This document shows, one piece after another, positions 22,362 through 31,839 of a stretch of 64,000 nucleotides of DNA. The position numbers and the translations under genes are program-made. Each line of letters opens with the position of its first letter. Position 1 is the first letter of the stretch. Under the pieces are notes generated by a model that worked only from the letters and a program-made list of their open reading frames with translations, did no database searches and had not been told where the DNA came from. Source of the DNA: an uncultured delta proteobacterium. Lineage in GTDB: Bacteria > Desulfobacterota > RBG-13-43-22. The stretch covers positions 230,903-294,902 of the forward strand of contig CAVUPH010000013.1 in assembly GCA_963743305.1 (NCBI GenBank). Direction: 5' to 3'.

Positions 22362-23624
22362 TCACGGCCGAAGGAGGAGGGGCAGGAAAATGGAGTACTG
22401 GGCGCCAAGCTCCCCGCCCCGCACGGGCCAGGCATAGTAGCGAGCGTTGAATTTGTCTCCGGAGTTGACCGCGCCGGTAAGCAGGTCATAAGCATGGGCG
22501 GAGCGGGTATTGGATAGAAGCGACGTGGAGGACCAGAGGAAGCGATTCGCCGGGTCCGGATCGATATCGGTAAAGGGATGGCCCGCGGGGAGGGCCGGAT
22601 CATGGGCCTGGTGATCGGTCAGGCTTTGCAGTTCCACTACGTTTGGCAGGCGCCAGTCCTGGCGGCCCAAATAGTGTTCCTGGTTCAGGCATTGGACGTA
22701 CGCCAGGGCCTGGCTCCAGCTTTTCGTTTCCTGGGGCTGGCAGGCTTGAGGGCCCGGGGTTCCTACCCGGCGGGTCCAGCTCAACCCGGTGAGCCGATCC
22801 AGGACCTCTTCGCCGCTCACCGGCGAGCCCCCATCCGGATTGACAAACCGGGGATCCGGCCAGGCAACCCCGCTTCTCAATTCCCCGTCCTGACCCGTGC
22901 CGGGGCAGTCAATCGGGTAATAGGGCGATACCCAATAATAGCATTGGGTTTGTCCCGTAAGGGGCAGGGAAACAACCCCATTTCCCCCCGGAACCGCACC
23001 CCCGCCCCGAACCGGCCAGACCACCGAGTCTTGATCCGCGCCTTTAATAGTGTGATTCAGGGGCAGGAGGTAATAGGGAAGGCCGTAAAAGACCTTATCG
23101 GGACTTTTTACGTTGGTGGTCGAGGACCAGATTTTAGAATAGGGATTGAAAATAAAACCAAATGTTTCCAGCCACTGGTCATCCCGGATCTGGCCGTCAT
23201 GGTGCAGGCTGGCCAGTTCGACCGTATTCGGCATCCTCCAGTCATCGTGATTCAGGTAGCGGGTATCGTTCAAGCACTTGACATATTCGTGAGCCGGGCC
23301 CCAGTCCTTCGACCCCCCCGTGCAAAACCCCCGGGCCGGCGAGGTAACGTCCTTGGCCCAGACGAGTCCGGTGAGCCGGTCCAGGATTTCCTCCCCGCTG
23401 ATGGGCAGGGTGCCGTCCGGATTGGTAAAACGCGGATTGGGCCAGGCCGCTCCGGTCCGGTATTCTCCATCCTGCCCGGAATTCCGGCATTCAACCTGGT
23501 ACCCCCAAACCCCGTCAAAACAGTTTACCTGCCCGGTCTTAGGCAGGCGGATCTCGGCCGCCTGACCTTCCAGGGCCAGGATGACTGTTAACAATAGGAA
23601 CGGAAACAAAATTTTCTTGTTCAT
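22362..23624 (-). CDS. Secreted tandem DUF1566 (Lcl C-terminal-like) protein; C-terminal IFLPLLLRP
   Basis: Signal MNKKILFPFLLL. Two copies of LPxTGQ..C...GQDGE...WPxPRF...DRLTGLxW...DWRxPNxxELxSL...WSST...WPVRGG. Confidence 0.88.
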   Translation of the reverse strand: MNKKILFPFLLLTVILALEGQAAEIRLPKTGQVNCFDGVWGYQVECRNSGQDGEYRTGAAWPNPRFTNPDGTLPISGEEILDRLTGLVWAKDVTSPARGFCTGGSKDWGPAHEYVKCLNDTRYLNHDDWRMPNTVELASLHHDGQIRDDQWLETFGFIFNPYSKIWSSTTNVKSPDKVFYGLPYYLLPLNHTIKGADQDSVVWPVRGGGAVPGGNGVVSLPLTGQTQCYYWVSPYYPIDCPGTGQDGELRSGVAWPDPRFVNPDGGSPVSGEEVLDRLTGLSWTRRVGTPGPQACQPQETKSWSQALAYVQCLNQEHYLGRQDWRLPNVVELQSLTDHQAHDPALPAGHPFTDIDPDPANRFLWSSTSLLSNTRSAHAYDLLTGAVNSGDKFNARYYAWPVRGGELGAQYSIFLPLLLRP

Positions 23625-23631
23625 GGAAATT

Positions 23632-25038
23632 CTACCGCACGTGCGCAGCGGGTGTCGTCGGGTTGTTTCCTGGCCGCGCACCGCTGGAGAAACCTGTGCA
23701 ACTAAATACATGCGTCTTTGCCCCCCCCGGGAAATACAGCGTTTCATCCACAGTGCCGCAGATGGTCGCGGGATGATAGGAATAGGTTCCCGCGGGGAAG
23801 CTTCCATAAAAAGTAGAGCCGCCGCCAAGGTACTTCGGACCTAGGCCCGTGCCGTAAACCTCGTAGTACATTTGACCCCCCGTTTCGTTTTCTATATACA
23901 GGGTACAAATCGCTGGCAGCGGTGACCAGGTATTCATGATCATCGGAAGGTAGAGTTTTTTTTCAAGGATGGGTGCACCCAAAACAAGGTCCAACAGTGC
24001 ACTGGTACTGCCTATGGTCAGGTTCTTGGTTCCGCTGGCGCTGCCGGTGAAGGTCACCGAGTAAGTTCCAGGCGCCATGGTTACCGGGATGGCGTACCCG
24101 CCGCTGGCGGAGGTCACCGCGTAATAGGTGCCGGCATTCGGGGTAACGGTCACTCCTCCAATCCCCTCGCCGGGGTCGTACTGACTATTGCCGTTCAAAT
24201 CGCGCCAGACGGTCCCCACGATGAATTGGTTGTAGTGGTCGGCATAGGAAGTGATCGCTTTGCAGTAGTTGCCGGTGGTCACATAGGGGCCGACACTCGT
24301 GCCGGGGTTGTTCTCATAGACCAGTGCCACCCCTACGTTGGTATAGTTGTTGGGGTCCAAGGACATGATCGCCTGACGGTGGCCACGGCCGGTCTGCATA
24401 CCGTCCGCCGTGCCACTCCCCCAGTCGATGTTCCAGGCCGCGTGGGCATTCAGGCTGCTGTCGGCGTAAGCAAAGACATTGCCGCGGACGGCTTGCCACT
24501 TAAAGCCGGCAGTATTGATGCGATCAAACTGCCCGGTGTGATCCTGAGCATCACGGGCGATCAGGTCATCCGAATGCGCCTTGGCCGCGTTGTACAAGCG
24601 CACGTCGAAGGCCGCGGGCGGCTTGGCGGAATAGCCGTTAAACTCATTCTGCAGCACCGTCGTATTGACGACAAACCAATTCCGGCCGTCGGCGATGTCC
24701 GGGTCAGTCGAGGTAGCCAGCCAGACGCCCTCCGCCGACGGGTTGGCCCGCGCCCGGTTCATCAACCACATCACCTGCTGCTCCCGGCCATCCGGGTGAG
24801 CGCCATCGGCGGTTTTATGGAGTGTCCACTCCACCGTGGGAGCGCCGAGCGATGGGTAGATCGGCGCCGGCAGACTAAGGATTTGCGCCGGGTCGAGTGT
24901 CATTGCCGGAGGATTTTCCGCCGGGCTCCGCGGCGGGTTACTCTCCTGACCGGAAGCGGTTTGGGTCCCTAAGAACGAAAAAGCAACAAGAACGACAAAG
25001 CAAAAACCGATTCGGAGGATTTTCTCAAGCTTGGACAT
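23632..25038 (-). CDS. Secreted CAP/SCP-domain plus carboxypeptidase-regulatory-like protein; internal LYLPMIMN
   Basis: Signal peptide; LMNRARANP, AAKAHSDD, GHRQAIM and NVGV (CAP); GTVWRDLNGNSQYDPGEG; a short extra domain follows the motif. Confidence 0.82.
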   Translation of the reverse strand: MSKLEKILRIGFCFVVLVAFSFLGTQTASGQESNPPRSPAENPPAMTLDPAQILSLPAPIYPSLGAPTVEWTLHKTADGAHPDGREQQVMWLMNRARANPSAEGVWLATSTDPDIADGRNWFVVNTTVLQNEFNGYSAKPPAAFDVRLYNAAKAHSDDLIARDAQDHTGQFDRINTAGFKWQAVRGNVFAYADSSLNAHAAWNIDWGSGTADGMQTGRGHRQAIMSLDPNNYTNVGVALVYENNPGTSVGPYVTTGNYCKAITSYADHYNQFIVGTVWRDLNGNSQYDPGEGIGGVTVTPNAGTYYAVTSASGGYAIPVTMAPGTYSVTFTGSASGTKNLTIGSTSALLDLVLGAPILEKKLYLPMIMNTWSPLPAICTLYIENETGGQMYYEVYGTGLGPKYLGGGSTFYGSFPAGTYSYHPATICGTVDETLYFPGGAKTHVFSCTGFSSGARPGNNPTTPAAHVR

Positions 25039-25093
25039 TCTTCTCCCTCGCTCCATGAATGCAATTTGTGAATTCCCATCTTGGATTCAAAAC

Positions 25094-25135
25094 AAAATAA
25101 AAAGCCTCCATAAGGGTCGGACCCTCTGGAGGCTT
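25094..25135 (-). terminator. Intrinsic terminator inside the 5' leader of the CAP-domain gene (attenuator candidate)
   Basis: Minus strand AAGCCTCCAGAGGGTCCGACCCTTATGGAGGC-TTTTTATTTT, with TTGACA about 120 nt upstream (25255-25260). Confidence 0.65.
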
Positions 25136-25400
25136 CACATTGGAAACGTTTGAAACTCCCACTTCATTTCCCAATCCTCAGTCAGTTGGGGTTAAGTCGG
25201 GATATTTACTTAGTAAATCAGCAGGAAAGAATCAATCGCACTATTAGGGAAAAATGTCAATAGAATTTTGAGGGAGTTTGTCCCGAGGGCCGAAAAAGGG
25301 TTAAGGATTAAAGATCAGCGGCAGGTAGGCCGGGTAGGAAAGGACCGTCGGCGGGGGCGGCGCGGCCTCTCCCCAGACCGAAAACAAACCCAGGATTTTT

Positions 25401-26296
25401 TTATTTTAAGACCATCGGCAGATACAAATAACGACTACCCTTGACATAATTGAAGACCACTTGTGAACCGCTGTCCGGGTCGGCAAATATCTTGTTCAGT
25501 CCGGCCGCAAGGAAGCTCGTATCCTGTGGTTGTCCGTAAACCCGGAGCACGTCGGCCGTGACGTTCCGGTTATAGAGCATCAGGAACGAGGAGTTGTCGC
25601 CATAGAAGGGGCTGAGGGCGGACAGCGCCTTGAAGTCTGCACTGCCAAAGGTATTGTCGAAGATAATTTTGCCGCCTTCGTTGGCCAGATTGTTTGAAAC
25701 GCTGTCGGTGATGAGGCCGTTGTTTGTGATCTGGATATTCCCCAGGGCGCCGTTGGCGGTGAGGTTTAAAGTGGCGGCGGAGATAGTTCCGTTGTTTAAA
25801 ATGTAGGTTTTATTGTACTGGTCAAGAACGTTCAGGGTTCCGGAGAACTGGCCGTTGTTCTGGAGATTGGTGTAGGCCCCGTCAGTGTTAAAGTTGAGTG
25901 TACCGTTGAACGTGCTGTTGCTCAGAAAATTAATAGTCCCCCAGCCGGTGTTAGTGAGATTAAAGCCCTTTTGAAGCCGCTTGGAGACGTAATTGTCGGA
26001 TTTGAGGTTGAATATCCCGTCATAAGACCTCGTCGAAAAAGTTAAATTTCGCATTATTGTTTGAAATGACCCGGAGCCTTGGATCACCACCCGTATTCAG
26101 GAAATCAACCGTTAAACCGCTCGCCAATGCTGATCGTGCCGCCCCAAGTGACCGGCTGCGAAATAAGGAACTGTGTGTTCTCGATAATCGTCAGTGTATT
26201 CCCCTGGCCAGGCAGGTCAGCGCCTGTCAGAGTGGCTGCATGAGACGTCAGCGGAGACAGGACCAGGACCAGGACGAATAGAAGTATCGGTTGCAT
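25401..26296 (-). pseudogene. Secreted Asn/Gly/Thr-rich (beta-helix-like) protein, one frameshift; C-terminal LYLPMVLK
   Basis: ORF 26105-26296 (signal peptide, AGGAGG RBS) continues in ORF 25401-26090. Confidence 0.7.
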
Positions 26297-26400
26297 TATA
26301 GGTTTCCTCCTTTAATAGGGTGCGCGATTGGCTGCATAGACCACGAACTTCGTTATATCAGAGTCTTTTGGCAAGATGGCTTATTAATTACCCCTATCAC

Positions 26401-28463
26401 TTACTTCAGGCCTGCTTTGCGCAGGACGTCGGCCAGGCGATCTTTTGAAGATTGACTGAAAGGAGCTCCTTTTATAAACCGTTCCAGGGAGAACTTGGGA
26501 TCGATCCTCAGGACTTCTGCCCCCTCGGCGCGCGCCTCATCTTCGCGACCTATCGACCCATACTCACCAGCCAGCCCCAGGTGGGCCATCAAGTGGTCGG
26601 GGCCATAGATTTGGAGCATCTTCTTGTATGTGGCTATGGCTTCCTCATGTTGGCCAAGCATCCCATATGATAGAGCCAACATACCCAAGACTTGGCTGTG
26701 TATGGGAATGGGGCTGAGACGAAGGGATTTCTGGAGCATGGGAATGCCCTCTTGAGGTCGACCAGAGAAGCTGAGCCCACTTCCTAAGGCCCAATAGGCT
26801 GAAGCGGAATTGGGGCTGAGGGATATGGCTTTTTCCGCCTCTGAGATGGCCTTATCGAACTCCCTGAGATATATATAAGGAAAAGCCAGATTGGCATGGA
26901 CGGATGAATTGGAGTCATCCAGGGCGATGGCCTTTTTCCCCAGCTCGACGGCTCGCTGCAAAGACTCTTTGGGCGACCCGCTCGCGCCAATAATGACCAA
27001 AGCGATGTGGGCAGTGGATAGAATAGAATATGCCATTGGGTATTCGGGGTCAAGGGCGATGGCCTCCTCCAGCAATTGCCGGGCTCTTTCCACCCGCTCC
27101 CTGTCCTGCGAACCGGCTTTTAGCTGAATCGCCTCCATTACTTTCAAATAGGCATCGAGGTTCTTGGTCCCCTTTTCGTAGAGGCGCGCCATTTCCCCCT
27201 TGGTTAATTTCACCTGCACCGCCGACAGAACTTTCATCGTGATTTCATCCTGTAATTTCAGGATGTCCTTTAGATCCCGATTATACTGCTCTGAGAATAG
27301 GTGACGTCCGTTCAGGGCATCGATGAGCTGGGCCGTAATCCGCACCCGTTTCCCCTCCTGCTGGACGCTGCCTTCAATCACATACCTTACTCCCATCTCC
27401 TCGGCAACCTGCTTGACCTTTACCGGTTTACCCTTGTAGGTAAAGGTGGAATTTCGGGCAATCACAAAAATATTGTCGAATTTGGAGAGGCCGTTAATGA
27501 TCCCCTCAACGAGCCCATCGCAGAAATACTCTAATTCTTTTTCACTGCTCATATTGGTAAAAGGCAGCACGGCAATAGAGGGCTTATCAGGTAGCGGAAA
27601 GGCCAGCTTATCTTTTGAAGCAACTTCAATTTTGGGAGCTGGAGGAGGAGCAGGTTGGGTGGCTTTTTCAGGCAATGGAGGCGTTGCCTTTTCTTTGGGT
27701 GCCGGCTCTACTGAAGGGGCGGGAGAGGTAGGAACAATTGCCGAGGGTTTCTCGGATGGATCGGCTGTAATTTTATCTTTAGAAACTATCTCTGGTTGAG
27801 TAGCAGGGGGCCAATAAAATTTCCAGATTACCAGGGCAGCGACTATCGCGATGGCAGCCGCTGCCAAACCCAGGGTGGTCTTCGGCCATGGTCTGGTCCC
27901 GGCCTTTTCCTTTTCGATCACTCTGCCGACGGCCTCCGGATCCGTCACGACCCGATACACCCGCACCGGTTTGGCGATGTTTTTAACGGCCTGTTCCCCT
28001 AAATATTCATATCCCAGCGGCAGCTTGTTTTCCACCTGATCGTAAGCGGTCCCGGAGATGCAGATGCCCCCGGCTTCGGCCAGGCCCTCCAGGCGGGCGG
28101 CGATGTTGACACCGTCCCCTAAAATCGTATCGCCTTCCTCGACCACATCCCCGAGATTGACCCCGATTCGAAACTTCAGACGCCGATCTTCCGCAACCTC
28201 TTATTCCTCTCCTTGAGCTCCTTCTGTATCTCCACCGCACAACGAACGGCGTCCACCACGCTGGCGAATTCTGCCAGGATGCTGTCTCCCCCGGTTCCAA
28301 CCACCCGTCCCTGATGCTGTGCTATGAACCCGGAAATAACCTCTAAGTAGACCTTCAGGGTGCGAATGGTCCCTTCTTCATCTTCTCCCATCAGGCGGCT
28401 GTACCCTTGGACATCCGCACTGAGGATTGCTGCCAGCTTTCGTTTGACCTGATCCGGGATCAT
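26401..28463 (-). pseudogene. Class III adenylate/guanylate cyclase-TM-TolB-like-TPR protein, one frameshift near 28180
   Basis: RKLAAILSADVQGYSRLMG, GGDS, GDGVNIAARL, TM helix, Pro-rich linker, PDKPSIAVLPF, VIARNSTF, TPRs, ends LRKAGLK. Confidence 0.88.
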
Positions 28464-28554
28464 GGGATCACCTCCATGAGGGGAAGGGTCGATCAAACGA
28501 AGAGTGTCCACCTCGTGTGTGGACTCCCTTCTGGTCGACAACGGAAGTTGAAAT

Positions 28555-28590
28555 AAAAAAAACCCGCTTCTCCTTCGAGAATGGGGGTTT
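28555..28590 (-). terminator. Intrinsic terminator inside the 5' leader of the cyclase gene (attenuator candidate)
   Basis: Minus strand AACCCCCATTCTCGAAGGAGAAGCGGG-TTTTTTTT. A promoter-like TTTACT-N16-TATAAT lies at 28682-28709. Confidence 0.6.
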
Positions 28591-29104
28591 TCCTAAATCT
28601 CCCATTTGGGTGCCTCCCTCGGGTTGTGGTGGCGGAACTGGAAGACGGGTTACTCAACTATTCTGACTTTGGATGACCAGAATTATACACAATTCTGGAG
28701 AATAGTAAATAGGGGGAATCAGACACTGGGGTCAATGGTTCGGGGAAGGGAAGCAACGATTTGCGTTTAAAATCTTGCCGTTTTGAGGAAGTCGGAGACT
28801 GAGGGCTTCAGGAAGAAGTCCCCAATTTTCTTCGAAAAATGCCTCCTCTCCTCGGATTTTGCCGGCACACCTACCAGTGGTTCAATCGGATAATCCTATA
28901 GGTCCACGATTCCCGCCATAACTGGATCGGCCAGCAGATCAAAAATACTACGATTTGCTCCTAAAAATAACGGTTTCAACGGATATATTTCCTATCCTCC
29001 TGACGATATTCTTAGCCAAGAAATGAAATCGAGCACAGGGTGGAGCATCGTTCGGAGGGGGGAAACATGGTCTTCATGTCCAATTTAAAAAGGTTTTTAC
29101 CCTC

Positions 29105-29446
29105 ATGTTAAACAATTTAAGTCCTTTTTTCGCAGTCTTCTTATTTAACCTGGTCTGGTCATCCATCGGCTTTTCTGCGGAAGTTACCCTGGCTTGGGAT
29201 CCAAATACCGAACCTGACCTGGCCGGTTATAAAATCTATATCGGGGTTCAATCGCGTCAATATTCCTGGATCCAAGATGCGGGAAATCGGACCCAAGCCA
29301 CGGTGGAGAACCTGGATAATAATATCAAATATTTCTTATCAATAACCGCCTATAATACCCAAGGAATCGAAAGCGGCGTTTCCAATGAGATAAATTACAC
29401 ACCTCCATCAAATTTCAAGAATTATCTACCAATCATATTGAATTGA
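29105..29446 (+). CDS. Small secreted single fibronectin type III protein; C-terminal NYLPIILN
   Basis: Signal peptide, VTLAWDPNTEPDLAGYKIY...YFLSITAYNTQGIES..SNEI. Confidence 0.85.
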   Translation: MLNNLSPFFAVFLFNLVWSSIGFSAEVTLAWDPNTEPDLAGYKIYIGVQSRQYSWIQDAGNRTQATVENLDNNIKYFLSITAYNTQGIESGVSNEINYTPPSNFKNYLPIILN

Positions 29447-29515
29447 CCTGTTACTCAATTCTTTTAATCACCAGTAGAAATAAAAGAGGCATGATCCAAT
29501 AAGGGACTTGGTCAG

Positions 29516-31357
29516 TTACTCTTTGGCGGCGGGCAAACGCAGGATGACCGAAGTCCCTTTTCCTTTTTCACCTTGAATCGTAACCGTGCCTCCGATGATC
29601 AGGGCCCTCTCGCGCATGCCCACCAGGCCGAGTGAAGTGGAGCGGTCGACCTCCTGTTCGGAAATCCCCTGCCCATTGTCCCGGATCGTTAGGACCAAGC
29701 CCTTTGGGTCGTTCTGAAGAGAAGCCTGAACCCGGGTCGCCCGAGAATGGCGGGCTATGTTGGTCAGAGCCTCCTGAAAAATACGAAAAACACCTATCGA
29801 GAGGTCTGCTTTTAGATCAAGTTTCTGAACAGTCGACCGGAAACTGCAGGTGATACCGGTTCTATTGGCGAACTCCTGGGCCTGCCATTCGAGTGCGGCG
29901 ACCAGGCCGAAATCATCCAGGATCCGGGGCCGCAGTTCGGTAGAAATCCGCCGTATGGTCCGGACGGCATGATCGATCAATTGAGCCATGGTTCTCGCCT
30001 TTTCTTTCAGCTTCGATTGATCTGGGTTCAGATGGCTGGAAAGCCAGGCCAGGTCCAGCTTGAGCCCGGTCAACTGTTGACCCAGGTCGTCGTGAATTTC
30101 CCGGGATATGTTTGCCCGTTCCTCTTCCCGTACCGATTGGATATGGGCAGAAAGGGCTCGCAGCCTATCCTTGGATTCTTTCAATTCCTCTTCGGCCTGT
30201 TTGCGCTCGGTGATATCCAGTGCAAACCCGATTGTTCCGGCAACATTTCCGTCCTCATCGTAGTACACCATCTTATCCGTGCGAATCCAACCATATTCCC
30301 CTGATGCCTTTTGATAGGGCTCCTCGATGCCGGATTCGGGAGTGCCGGAGCTAAGGATCCTCCGATCATCCCTGACGAATTTGTCAGCGATCACAGCAGG
30401 GAGGAGCTCATGATCTGTTTTGCCGAGAATGTCTTCTTCAGAAAGTCCGGAGGCATGGCAAAGCGCCTTGTTCACGGCCACGTACTTCCCCTCCCGGTCT
30501 TTTTGCCAGATTATCGCCGGAACGGCATTGAAGATGAGCTGGAGTTGTTGTTGGGTCTTCCGCAGCGACTCTTCCGCCCGCTTGCGTTCGGTGATGTCCT
30601 GGACGGTGCCTTTGTAGCCGACTAATTCTCCCTGCTCATTGAATACGGTCCTGGTCTCGTCGTGCACCCAAATCGTTTCCCCATCCGAGCGAATCACCCG
30701 GAAATCGATGGAAAAGGGCTCTTTTTTTTTAATGGCCTGCTGTATGGTTTTCTGCCACAAATCCAGATCATCGGGGTGGACGAAAGATTTTACGAGCTGG
30801 TAAGAGCCCTCCTTTCGAGGGGCCTGGAAGATTTCGTAGGTTTGATCAGACCATTCCGCTCGATCGGAAGCGATATTCCACGACCATTCACCAAGTTTGG
30901 CAATAGATTGGGCTAACTTAAGTTTCTCCTCATTATTCCGGAGCGCTGCTTCGTTTTGCCATTCCTTCAGCCGCGCTTCAAACAGCCGGAAGGCCATTTT
31001 GATGGAGGCGATGAGCACCGTCTCCCCCGAATTCTTGACCACATAGCCGTACGAGGTTAGGCCCTCAATTTTTTCCAAGACTTCGCGTTCGGTGTGGGAG
31101 GATAGAAAAATCAATGGAATCTCACGCTGCTGGAGAATAATTTCGGCGGCCCGAATGCCGTCCATTTCACTTCCCAGGTCGATGCCCATGAGGACCAGGT
31201 CTATTTCAGGGTACGTTTGAATAGCTTCTATCGCCTTTTCGCCGGTTTGAACAATGATTATCTTGAACCCATATCGCTTAAGGGCCTTCGCTTCGTCCGT
31301 GGCGATGGCTGCCTCGTCTTCTACGAGAAGGATGGTTTTCCGTTTCTGGGCATTCAT
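29516..31357 (-). CDS. REC-PAS-PAS-HisKA_3 cytoplasmic hybrid histidine kinase
   Basis: ILLVEDE; two PAS/PAC domains ending DITERK; REIHDDLGQQL, FRIFQEALTNIARH, DNGQG, SLGLVGMRER. Confidence 0.92.
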   Translation of the reverse strand: MNAQKRKTILLVEDEAAIATDEAKALKRYGFKIIIVQTGEKAIEAIQTYPEIDLVLMGIDLGSEMDGIRAAEIILQQREIPLIFLSSHTEREVLEKIEGLTSYGYVVKNSGETVLIASIKMAFRLFEARLKEWQNEAALRNNEEKLKLAQSIAKLGEWSWNIASDRAEWSDQTYEIFQAPRKEGSYQLVKSFVHPDDLDLWQKTIQQAIKKKEPFSIDFRVIRSDGETIWVHDETRTVFNEQGELVGYKGTVQDITERKRAEESLRKTQQQLQLIFNAVPAIIWQKDREGKYVAVNKALCHASGLSEEDILGKTDHELLPAVIADKFVRDDRRILSSGTPESGIEEPYQKASGEYGWIRTDKMVYYDEDGNVAGTIGFALDITERKQAEEELKESKDRLRALSAHIQSVREEERANISREIHDDLGQQLTGLKLDLAWLSSHLNPDQSKLKEKARTMAQLIDHAVRTIRRISTELRPRILDDFGLVAALEWQAQEFANRTGITCSFRSTVQKLDLKADLSIGVFRIFQEALTNIARHSRATRVQASLQNDPKGLVLTIRDNGQGISEQEVDRSTSLGLVGMRERALIIGGTVTIQGEKGKGTSVILRLPAAKE

Positions 31358-31717
31358 GTCTGCCTTCCCGGTCCAAAGGGAACCTTTTTATTTTTTCTCG
31401 GCTTTTTCACCGACATCCTATTCATCATTAGGTCCATCACCTGGGTACAATATCATGAAGAGGGGAACAAATAAAACTTTTGTCTCTTTAAAGAGAGGTA
31501 GTCAATAAGTTATTACAATGCTCTCATGATATAATTATAAATAAATTAATTGCCTATGGATAGGACATTTAAAACTGGGCAAACCGGGAAAGTCAAGGGA
31601 TTAGAGATTGACCCGAATAATCGGAGGGAACGTTTATTAGATTTGAGGAAAGGAATAACAGTAACAGGATAGACAGGATATTTTCGTCCCCGCCGGGCGC
31701 CGGGGCGAAACAGTCTT

Positions 31718-31830
31718 TTCCGCCAGGCCCGTTTAGTGTCCCCGGGACTCTTCATCATGTTATGGTCCGGGGGATCGAAGGAATGGAAAATGAGGTCGGG
31801 CCGCGCCAACTCGTACCGGTTTTCCCTCAA
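31718..31830 (+). pseudogene. N-terminal remnant of a Y1 (IS200/RAYT-like) transposase
   Basis: Reads RQARLVSP / GTLHHVMVRGIE across one frameshift, matching the MPRxARLDxPGxLHHVxxRGIE start of this family. Confidence 0.55.
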
Positions 31831-31839
31831 TGACGAAAT

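Noticed and set aside
28720-29060. Possible gene remnant or CCTA-rich response-regulator boxes
   Set aside because: No frame gives a recognisable protein, and the repeats are too short and degenerate to call.
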